Of a stretch of DNA of 64,000 nucleotides, positions 1-10,100 are shown in pieces; the first letter of the stretch is position 1; each line of letters starts with the position of its first letter. Under the pieces are notes generated by a model, which was given only the letters and a program-made list of their open reading frames with translations, had not been told where the DNA came from and did no database searches. The stretch covers positions 62,001 through 126,000 of the forward strand of contig NIVC01000284.1 in NCBI GenBank assembly GCA_002269645.1, given 5' to 3'. Source of the stretch: Macrostomum lignano. Taxonomy: Eukaryota. The position numbers were made by a program, and so were the translations under genes.

Positions 1-390
1 GTTCCTTTGGCCGCACTGGCATCCCGCTACGGTTCCTTTGGCCGCACTGGCATCCCGCTACGGTTCCTTTGGCCGCACTGACATCCCGCTACGGTTCCTT
101 TGGCCGCACTGACATCCCGCTACGGTTCCTTTGGCCGCACTGGCATCCCGCTACGGTTCCTTTGGCCGCACTGACATCCCGCTACGGTTCCTTTGGCCGC
201 ACTGGCATCCCGCTACGGTTCCTTTGGCCGCACTGGCATCCCGCTACGGTTCCTTTGGCCGCACTGACATCCCGCTACGGTTCCTTTGGCCGCACTGGCA
301 TCCCGCTACGGTTCCTTTGGCCGCACTGGCATCCCGCTACGGTTCCTTTGGCCGCACTGGCATCCCGCTACGGTTCCTTTGGCCGCACTG
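1..390. repeat. 31-bp tandem repeat (GTTCCTTTGGCCGCACTGGCATCCCGCTACG), intronic to the DEG/ENaC gene; runs off the window start
   Basis: About 12 near-identical units with period 31, ending about 100 bp before the acceptor at 485-486. Confidence 0.95.
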
Positions 391-486
391 AGCTTCTGCC
401 CAGTTTCTTCCCTAGCAACAGGGCAGCAGCTGATTTGACATCTGCTCAAAAATTCGAGTACTGCATGCTTTCTCCATATCCCGCAG

Positions 487-618
487 ATTGGAGGAACTCT
501 GGGACTCTGGCTCGGCATCAGCGTCGTGAGCACATTTGAGCTGCTTGAGTTCATCTATATTCTGGTGCAGAAGTGCAGGAGAAACGATGACGACTCGGAC
601 ATTGAAGAAGAGTCCTGA
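487..618 (+). CDS. Last coding exon of a DEG/ENaC (ASIC/amiloride-sensitive Na channel family) gene, TM2 region
   Basis: After the CCGCAG acceptor it reads IGGTLGLWLGISVVSTFELLEFIYILVQKCRRNDDDSDIEEES* (TGA 616-618). GGxLGLWxGxS..E..E is the DEG/ENaC pre-TM2/TM2 signature. Not in the ORF track. Confidence 0.88.
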   Translation: MGGTLGLWLGISVVSTFELLEFIYILVQKCRRNDDDSDIEEES

Positions 619-835
619 GTTCGAATCGAATCTGCATAGCGGTTTGGATCGGTCACTGGCTTCAGTTTCAATTCATTGCAAATGGCCCACTGAGCTCAGT
701 GTTGAAGCTCATCATTGATTCTATTTCAGCAGCGTATATTGATAGAGAATTGCAGAAGCATCGCTTCTTCGCTGCTCAGTCTGTGAGCAATTGGTAACCC
801 TCTGTTGACTGTTTCTAGCAATTCTTCAAGCTTAA

Positions 836-1525
836 CATGATAAATTTCTGTAATGTCCCAGCGTGATAAATTTCTGTAATGTATTATTACAGCTTGATAA
901 ATTTCTGTAATGTATTGTCACAGCTTGATAAATTTCTGTAATGTATTGTCACAGCTTGATAAATTTCTGTAATGTATTGTCACTGCTTGATAAATTTCTG
1001 TAATGTATTGTCACTGCTTGATAAATTTCTGTAATGTATTGTCACAGCTTGATAAATTTCTGTAATGTATTGTCACAGCTTGATAAATTTCTGTAATGTA
1101 TTGTCACTGCTTGATAAATTTCTGTAATGTCCCAGCGTGATAAATCTCTGTAATGTATTGTCACAGCATGATAAACTTCTGTAATTTACTTTCACAGCTT
1201 GATAAATTTCTGTAATGTATTATTACAGCATGATAAATTTCTGTAATGTATTATTACAGCATGATAAATTTCTGTAATGTATTATTACAGCTTGATAAAT
1301 TTCTGTAATGTATTGTCACTGCTTGATAAATTTCTGTAATGTCCCAGCGTGATAAATCTCTGTAATGTATTGTCACAGCATGATACGCTCGTAAACTTCT
1401 GTAATTTACTTTCACAGCATGATAATTTTCTGTAATGTATTGTCACAGCATGATAAACTTCTGTAATTTACTGTCACAGCATGATAAATTTGTGTTATGT
1501 ACTGTCCCAGAATGATAAATTTCTC
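836..1525. repeat. 31-bp AT-rich tandem repeat (TGATAAATTTCTGTAATGTATTGTCACAGCT)
   Basis: About 22 units with period 31. Confidence 0.95.
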
Positions 1526-1829
1526 TAATGTACTGTCAACAAATCGGTTGCTTGTCCCTGTCGCGAAAATACACAAGCCTACTGGCTCCTACAAATCCTT
1601 TGTTTTTAATATTTAGCAATCGAGTTTCTCGCGAAGATTTCGAGCACCATTTCATTTTCAAATTTGAATTAAAACGAGTTCTTAAAGAACGCTTCTTGCA
1701 TGTTAAAAGTCATTTTAAAATTCGAAAATTTCTTAGTGTAGTTGTCATGACAGGCTTACTTAGAGCAAAAGGAAACAATTAATCCCCTTTAGATTCTCGG
1801 GCCTAGTGAGGGTGGTTAGTTAGATTAGA

Positions 1830-4125
1830 TTAGTGGGTGTGTCTTGAGATTAGTGGGTGTCTTGGTATTAGTGGGTGTGTCTTGGGATTAGTGGATGTGT
1901 CTTGGGATTATTGGGTGTGTCTTGGGATTAGTGGGTGTGTCTTAGGATTAGTGGGTGTGTCTTAGGATTAGGATCTTGGGATCTTATGATTAGTGGGTGT
2001 GTCTTGGGATTAGTGGGTGTGTCTTAGGATTAGTGGGTGTGTCTTGGGATTAGTGGGTGTGTCTTGGTATTAGTGGGCGTGTCTTGAGAATTGGGGGTGT
2101 GTCTTGGGATTAGTGGGTGTGTCTTAGGATTAGTGGATGTGTCTTGGGATTAGTGGGTGTGTCTTGAGATTAGTGGGTGTGTCTTGGTATTAGTGGGTGT
2201 GTCTTGGGTTTAGTGGGTGTGTCTTGGGATTAGTGGGTGTGTCTTAGGATTAGTGGATGTGTCTTGGGATTCGTGGGTGTTTCTTGGGATTAGTGGGTGT
2301 CTCTTGGGATTAGTGGGTGTGTCTTGGGATTAGTAGGTGTGTCTTGGGATTAGTGGGTGTGTCTTGGGATTAGTGGGTGTGTCTTGGGATTAGTGGGTGT
2401 GTCTTGGGATTAGTGGGTGTGTTTTGGGATTAGTGGGTGTGTCTTGGGATTAGTGGGTGTGTCTTGAGATTAGTGGGTGTCTTGGGATTAGTAGGTGTGT
2501 CTTGGGATTAGTGGTATTAGTGGGTGTGTCTTGGGATTAGTGGGTGTGTCTTGAGATTAGTGGGTGTGTCTTGAGATTAGTGGGTGTGTCTTGAGATTAG
2601 TGGGTGTGTCTTGAGATTAGTGGGTGTGTCTTGGGATTAGTGGGTGTGTCTTGGGATTAGTGGGTGTGTTTTGGGATTAGTGGGTGTGTCTTGGGATTAG
2701 TGGGTGTGTCTTGAGATTAGTGGGTGTCTTGGGATTAGTAGGTGTGTCTTGGGATTAGTGGGTGTGTCTTGGGATTAGTGGGTGTGTCTTGGGATTAGTG
2801 GGTGTGTCTTGGGATTAGTGGGTGTGTTTTGGGATTAGTGGGTGTGTCTTGGGATTAGTGGGTGTGTCTTGAGATTAGTGGGTGTCTTGGTATTAGTGGG
2901 TGTGTCTTGGGATTAGTGGGTGTGTCTTGAGATTAGTGGGTGTGTCTTGAGATTAGTGGGTGTCTTGGTATTAGTGGGTGTGTCTTGGGATTAGTGGGTG
3001 TGTCTTGAGATTAGTGGGTGTGTCTTGAGATTAGTGGGTGTGTCTTGAGATTAGTGGGTGTGTCTTGAGATTAGTGGGTGTGTCTTGGTATTAGTGGGTG
3101 TGTCTTGAGATTAGTGGGTGTCTTGGTATTAGTGGGTGTGTCTTGGGATTAGTGGGTGTGTCTTGGGATTAGTGGGTGTGTCTTGAGATTAGTGGGTGTG
3201 TCTTGGTATTAGTGGGTGTGTCTTGAGATTAGTGGGTGTGTCTTGGGGGTTAGTGGGTGTGTCTTGAGATTAGTGGGTGTGTCTTGGGATTAGTGGGTGT
3301 GTCTTGGGGGTTAGTGGGTGTGTCTTGAGATTAGTGGGTGTGTCTTGGGATTAGTGGGTGTGTCTTGGGATTAGTGGGTGTGTCTTGGGATTAGTGGGTG
3401 TGTCTTGGGATTTGTGGGTGTGTCTTGGGATTAGTGGGTGTGTCTTGGGGGTTAGTGGGTGTGTCTTGGGATTAGTGGGTGTGTCATGGGGGTTAGTGGG
3501 TGTGTCTTGGTATTAGTGGGTGTGTCTTGGGATTAGTGGGTGTGTCTTGGGATTAGTGGGTGTGCCTTGGGACTAGTGGGTGTGTTTTGGGATTAGCGGG
3601 TGTGTCTTGGGATTAGTGGGTGTGTCTTGGGATTAGTGGGTGTATCTTGAGATTAGTGGGTGTGTCTTGGGATTAGTGGGTGTGTCTTGGGATTAGTGGG
3701 TGTGTCTTGGGATTAGTGGGTGTATCTTGGGATTAGTGGGTGCGTCTTGGGATTAGTGGGTGTGTCTTGGGGTTAGTGGGTGTGTCTTGGTATTAGTGGG
3801 TGTGTCTTGGGATTAGTGGGTGTGTCTTGGGATTAGTGGTTGTGTCTTGGGATTAGTGGGTGTGTCTTGGGATTAGTGGGTGTGTCTTGGGATTAGTGGA
3901 TGTGTCTTGGGACTAGTGGGTGTGCCTTGGGACTAGTGGATGTGTCTTGGGATTCGTGGGTGTTTCTTGGGATTAGTGGGTGTGTCTTGGTATTAGTGGA
4001 TGTGTCTTGGTATTAGTGGGTGTGTCTTGAGATTAGTGGGTGTGTCTTGGTATTAGTGGGTGTGTCTTTGGGGGTTATTGGGTGTGTCTTGTCGATTACC
4101 GGGTGTGTCTGGGGGGTTACCGGGT
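1830..4125. repeat. 20-bp G-rich minisatellite (GGGATTAGTGGGTGTGTCTT)
   Basis: More than 100 units with period 20 and occasional 18-bp variants. Confidence 0.97.
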
Positions 4126-4273
4126 ATGTTTTATTTCTTGCCTTGTCGGCAGTTATTGAAGTATGACAAATATTTTGCTGAGTAATGGTATCGCTTTAAT
4201 GTACGTTGGCTCTCTATGTACATCGCTGACTCCACTTGCATAAATATAGCGAGCACTGCCTCACGGGCCTTCG

Positions 4274-5520
4274 TTGATTTTTACAAGTGGTAGCAGAGCT
4301 CAGAATGGCAGGGGCAGCCACCGCGCAATTCCGAGAACTTTAAGCTCTGGCAACTTTAGTGAGTGGCTGCAGCGGTTTGAGCTGTGTGCGGCAGCCAACA
4401 AGTGGACAAACGAGAAGCACTTGCAGCTGCCAACGTTTCTGGATGGCGAAGCTCTGGCGGTCTTCCTTGAGCTCGACGACAAGGACAAGAGCGACTACAG
4501 TCAGGTGACCAAAGCATTAACCGAGGCTTTCCACCCAGACAGCCAGCACTTCTCAGCGCTGGAGGCATTCGAGAGCCGGAAGCTGCTGCCTGGTGAACCT
4601 CCTCAGCTGTTCCTCTACCACCTGAAGCAGCTGCTCAAGGACGCTGGCATCAGCAACAAGAACGCCGCGGACACCATGCTGACCCATCACTTCATCTGTG
4701 GACTGCCTGCGGATGTCAGCGGGCAGATCAGAGGCGACGCGACAGTCAAGACGGCGAGTGACGCTCTTGCGCGGGCACAACTGCTGCTGGAGCTGCCTTC
4801 TGCTACCACGGATGGAAGCCGGCAGCCTCTCGCGGCGGCAGCGCCGAGACTGCAGAACTGAGGGCTGCGGTCAGCTCGCTGCAGGCGACGGTCCAAGACC
4901 TGGCGGCGAAGCTGGGCTCGGAGGCTTCGGACTCCTGCGCGGTTCGCAGTGCGAGGAGACCTGCTGGAACTGCAACCACCGCGGCCGCATCGCCAGGAAC
5001 TGCAAGCAGCCGTCGGGAAACGACACCCCTGGCCAGTTCTGAGCGCGGGCCCCAGCGTGAGCGGACTGTTCCGGGGCGCAGAGAGGGGCGGGGCAGGCGC
5101 ATCCAGCAGCAGCGCAGCAGCTGTCGTCATCAAGCCGAACCCGTCAACATCCAAGCTGCAGTGCAGGATCGGAGGTGCGGACGTCACGGCGCTGATCGAC
5201 TCTGGCAGCCAGGTGTCAATCGGGGACAAGCGGTTCCTGCAGAGCATGCAGTCAGTTCAGCTGGAGAGCGTGCACCTGGAGCTGCGGGCAGTCAATCAGC
5301 AGGCGGTGCCGGTGCAGCAGGTGGCCAGCCTGGCGGTAACGGCGGGCGGCAACGAGCGGCGGCATCCGTTCTACGTGTCGGAAGGCCTGGTAGCTGCCGT
5401 CAGCTGCCGCGGCTGTTCGCCGAGACCGAGTCCAGCTGGGAGGAGCAGCTGCCGCTGGTGGTCCTGTCCTAAAACTCCAGGGTCCACAGCTCAACCAAAG
5501 TGGCGCCGCTGACGGTGATG
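4274..5520 (+). pseudogene. Frameshifted gag (NFSEWLQRFELCA...LPTFLDGEA), zinc knuckle (CWNCNHRGRIARNC) and retropepsin (ALIDSGSQVS)
   Basis: The motifs lie in three different frames (ORFs 4274-4861, 4698-5042, 4949-5512), with a stop at 4859-4861. No RT or RNase H motifs. Confidence 0.82.
4288..4298 (+). promoter_or_regulatory. Primer-binding site complementary to the 3' end of initiator tRNA-Met
   Basis: TGGTAGCAGAG lies directly after LTR-CA plus 2 nt and matches the reverse complement of the animal tRNAi-Met 3' end (CTCTGCTACCA). Confidence 0.75.
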
Positions 5521-5980
5521 ACGGGCCGCGACCCGCAGCTCCCGCCGCAGTTCCAGAGCAACGAGCGGCAGTTCGACATCGGCACCTACTTAGCACTGCT
5601 GGAGCGGCGGCTGGCCCGGATCCGCGAATGTGGCGGACCTGCCGCAGTTCCTGCAAGGCGCCGAGGTGCTGCTCAGCATCGAGATGCGGCGCACGAAGCT
5701 GGCACCCTTACTGGGAGCCGGGCTGGACTGTCAGAGACCGTGAATGCATGCTTTTTAAAAGGTTCTGCGTTTCAATTTTTTAAAATCCCCTCCGGTTTTT
5801 TCTACTTGTTTTGCGGGGAGAGAAATGTAATGGTTTTATTCCTTGCCTTATTGGCAGTTATTGAACTGGTATCATCGAACTATAGGACAAATATTTTGCT
5901 GAGTAATTGTATCGCTTTTAATGTACGTTTGCTCTCTCTATGTACATCGTTGACTTGCCTTCGTTGATGGACACTGTAAC

Positions 5981-6167
5981 CAGTCAAAAACCACGAAGAA
6001 TTTATCAGCTAGGATCTTACCTTCGTCGAGGGCTCCCTAAGCAGGATAATGCCAGGCATTTTCGAAGCCCGAAACACCATGGCAATTTGTTACAAGTGGG
6101 ATCCGGAATCGAACCCCCGACTTTCAAGTCGTGAGTCTGACGCTCTAACCCCTTGGCTACAACCCCC
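5981..6167 (-). mobile_element. tRNA-derived SINE (Pol III A/B boxes in the head)
   Basis: The minus strand reads GGGGGTTGTAGCCAAGGGGTTAGAGCGTCAGACTCACGACTTGAAAGTCGGGGGTTCGATTCC, with A box TAGCCAAGGGG and B box GGTTCGATTCC, followed by about 110 bp of non-tRNA body. The 3' boundary is approximate. Confidence 0.6.
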
Positions 6168-6425
6168 ACTAGCCTACAACCCTCTACCAGGCTACAACCC
6201 CCAACCAGGCTACAACCCCCAGGCTACAACCCCCACTAGCCTACAACCCCCAACCAGGCTACAACCCCCAGGCTACAACCCCCCAATAGCCTACAACCCC
6301 CAACCAGGCTACAACCCCCAGGCTACAACCCCCAATAGCCTACAATCCCCTACCAGGCGACAACCCCCACTAGCCTACAACCCCTACCAGGCTACAACCC
6401 CCACTAGCCGACAACCCCCTACAAG
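6155..6425. repeat. 13-14-bp C-rich tandem repeat (GGCTACAACCCCC)
   Basis: About 20 degenerate units. Confidence 0.9.
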
Positions 6426-7154
6426 GCTAGGGGGTCTTTTAAAACAATCACAAAATCCACTTAGCTGATATTTATAATTAGTAAATGAAATACATTTAAT
6501 ATTTTAGTATAATTAATTTTCATGCTTTGTATAGATTTATTATTTTTGCTATAGTATACATCGCTTTAACAAAAGAAGCATTAAAACGTGTTTCTTCTGA
6601 ACAATAAAGAAAATGGAAAATAATAATCAAAATGGCAATCACACTGTTAAATTTATAGTCAGACAATTAAAACGTTACAGCAATTTCGAGTAAATGTTAA
6701 TATAGACTTTGTATATAACTAGAAGTATAGTTAGAGCAAACCACTGCAAGCTTATTGGTTATGTGATAAACAGACAGTGTTAATAATAAACATATTCTAA
6801 ATATATCAATAAAGTTATTTACAGGTTTAAAATGTTAAAACATCGAGACAAATAATAAACCATGACTAGGCGAGTGAAAAAAAAAGATTAAAAAGCTACA
6901 AAATGTATAAACAATGTCACACTGCTGCAGAATGGGCACGAGAATTCATTGCTCTTAAAGACCAGATAAAAGGCTAGACATAAAAATAAAGGAAATTTAT
7001 AAATAAACAAAATTGCTTTTTTCCTTAAAATTCTCAAAAACGCATTTTTTCTAGTAAATTGATATTCAACAAAAAAGCGACAAAGGAAAATGTTTTACAC
7101 TACTAATAGGTCAATTATCAGTAGCAATATATGATGAATTTGTATTTTTTTGTT

Positions 7155-10100
7155 TTAAATGATGCCACGCTGACCAAAATTCGGTGCGGGCGGCGGCGGC
7201 GGCGGCGGTTGGGGCAGCTGGCGCCTCCGCTGCTGCCCCTGACCCTGACTGGCGGAGGCGCCGGCGCCGGCGCCAACTCGAAGCTGGCGATCGCTTCGGA
7301 AATCTTCCGGATCGCCGCACCACAGGCCGCCGCCGCTGCCGCCTGAGCCGCTGTGCTGGTGCTGCGGTTGAGGCAGCGGCTGCTGCTGCTGCTGCTGGTG
7401 ATTGCGCATCGGCTGTTTAAATATGACAGGTAAAAGCAGTGACAATTTAGTGCGAGTGTGTTTAGAATGAGGGGAAGATTGTGACAGGGTGTAGGCGGCG
7501 GGGAAGGGGTATAGACAGATTGGAGAGGGTAGAGGGTAGAGACAGAGGGAAGAGGATATACACAGAGGAGGGAGGGTACAGACAGAGGGGAGAGGGTATA
7601 GTTAGAGGGGGGAGGGTATAGTCAGAGGGAAGAGGGTACAGACGGTGGGGAGAGGTTAGAGACGGTGGGGAGAGGGTAGAGACAGAGGGGAGAGGGTAGA
7701 GACAGAGGGGAGAGGGTAGAGACAGAGGGGAGAGGGTAGAGACGGCGGGGAGAGGGTAGAGACAGAGGGAAGAGGGTACAGACGGCGGGGAGAGGGTAGA
7801 GACAGAGGGAAGAGGGTACAGACGGCGGGGAGAGGTTAGAGACAGAGGGAAGAGGGTACAGACGGCGGGGAGAGGGTAGAGACAGAGGGAAGAGGGTACA
7901 GACGGCGGGGAGAGGGTAGAGACAGAGGGAAGAGGGTACAGACGGCGGGGAGAGGGTAGAGACAGAGGGAAGAGGGTACAGACGGCGGGGAGAGGGTAGA
8001 GACAGAGGGAAGAGGGTACAGACGGCGGGGAGAGGGTAGAGACAGAGGGAAGAGGGTACAGACGGCGGGGAGAGGGTAGAGACAGAGGGGAGAGGGCTTA
8101 GACGGAGGGAGATGGCAGCGACGGTTCGGAGAGGGTATACGGATGGGGGAAGGGAATAAACATAGGGAAGGTGACATGACCAATGGCAAATGAGGGCACC
8201 AATTAACAGTCAACACAATCCAAATCAGCATTTCAAATTCATTCACCTGCGGCGGCAGCGGCTGTGAGGCGGGATGCGGCGGGACTGCGCCGCCCAGTCC
8301 CAGCAACCGTTCGGCTTTGCTCAGCATTGAAGGCGGATGAGTGGCCCGCCAGTAGGCCTCCAGGTACTCGGACAGGTGCTCGCAAGCGTCCTCCAGCTGA
8401 TTCTCGTCCAGGGCGACATCGAATGAGTCCTGGATCGCGCATGGATTTTGGTTTCTTATTGCTCTAAGCAGTTTACAGGCCGCGGTTTTTTCATGATTCA
8501 ATCTTTGAAAGCACTTTAATTTTTTGTTTTTTTCACTACTGAAAGCAGTATACTATAAGTGTTTCCAGAAAGAAATCAATTCCGTCACTTTTAAAGGCAC
8601 TCCCAATATTTCACTCCTGAAGGCACTCTTGGCAGCACTCCCGATCCATGTCACTTTTGAAAACACTACAATCCATGCATGTCACGCTTGATAGCACTCC
8701 GATTCATGTCACTCTTAAAAAGCACTCTGATCAATGTCACTCTTGATAGCACTCCGGTCCATGTCACTTTGGAAAGCACTCCGATCCATGTATGTCACTC
8801 TTACAAGCACTCCGATCAATGTATGTCACTCTTACAATTTACAAGCACTCCGATCAATGTATGTCACTCTTACAAGCACTCCGATCCATGTCACTCTTGA
8901 AAGCACTTCGATCCATTTCACTCTTGATAGCACTCCGATCCATGTCACTCTTACAAGCACTCCGAGCCATGTCATTCTTCCAAGCGCTCCGATCCATGTC
9001 ACTCTTGAAAGCACTCCGAGCCATGTCATTCTTACAAGCACTCCAAGCCATGTCATTCTTACAAGCACTCCAAGCCATGTCATTCTTACAAGCACTCCGA
9101 TCTGTCACTTTGGAAAGTACTCTTCGATCTATGTCACCCTTAAAAGAAGTATATGAGTAATAGAAATATGAGAACCGACTCACCGGGCTGCATTGCAGCA
9201 GTTTCTCAGCCAAGCTAAGTTGCTGAGTCATGTTTCTAGTCTGCGATTTGCCCCGACTTTTAATTAGCCGCTGTAATACCTTGACAGAGTTGATCTTCAG
9301 GTAGACTATGATGGGAGCTAGAGAGGTCTTGGCCAGCTGGCCCGGGTGGTTGATGGTGTCGCAGTCCAGCACCACGAGCTGCAGGGTTCTGGCTAGTTCG
9401 AATATTCGCTCGATCTCTTGCTGAACTTCGGCTGAAATTTTATTACAGGGGGAAGGGGTCATTTTGGGTCAGTTAGGGTTCAGTGGGAGTCATTGGGTGT
9501 CGATATGGGGTACATACTGTAGAGATTCATTAAGTGGAGGTCAAAGGGAGTCAAAGAAGTCAACTGGGTCAGACAAAATCAGTGCGGGTCAGGATATAGT
9601 CAGTGGGGGTCAGGATATAGTCAGTGGGGGTCAGGATATAGTCAGTGGGGGGTCAGGATATAGTCAGTGGGGGTCAGGATATAGTCAGTGGGGTCAGGAC
9701 TCAGGATATAGTCAGTGGGGGTCAAGATATGGTCAGTGGGGGTCAGGATATAGTCAGTGGGGATCGGGATATAGTCAAGTGGGGGTCAGGATATAGTCAG
9801 TGGGGGTCCGGATATAGTCAGTGGGGGGTCCGGATATAGTCAGCGGGGGTCAGATATGGTCAGTGGGGGTCAGGATATAGTCAGTGGGGGTCAGGATATA
9901 GTCAAGTGGGGGTCAGGATATAGTCAGTGGGGGGTCCGGATATAGTCAGTGGGGGGTCCGGATATAGTCAGCGGGGGTCAGATATGGTCAGTGGGGGTCA
10001 GGATATAGTCAGTGGGGGTCAAGATATAGTAATTGGGGGTCAGGATATATTCAGTGGGGGTCCGGATATAGTCAGTGGGGGGTCCGGATATAGTCAGCGG

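Larger units (their letters stand above)
4127..5973 (+). mobile_element. Internally deleted, non-autonomous Ty3/gypsy-like LTR retrotransposon
   Basis: Direct repeats at about 4127-4285 (ends TTACA) and 5826-5973 (starts TGTAA). PBS TGGTAGCAGAG at 4288, two nt after the 5' [17 protein letters not shown] at 5815-5825. Contains gag, a CCHC knuckle, an aspartic protease and an integrase-tail remnant. Confidence 0.88.

Noticed and set aside
1830-4125. Telomeric or interstitial telomere repeat
   Set aside because: The unit is 20 bp and TTAGGG itself is not tandemly repeated.
6096-6167. Functional tRNA gene
   Set aside because: A and B boxes are present, but the acceptor, D and anticodon stems pair poorly and the sequence continues into a non-tRNA body. 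Treated as a SINE head.
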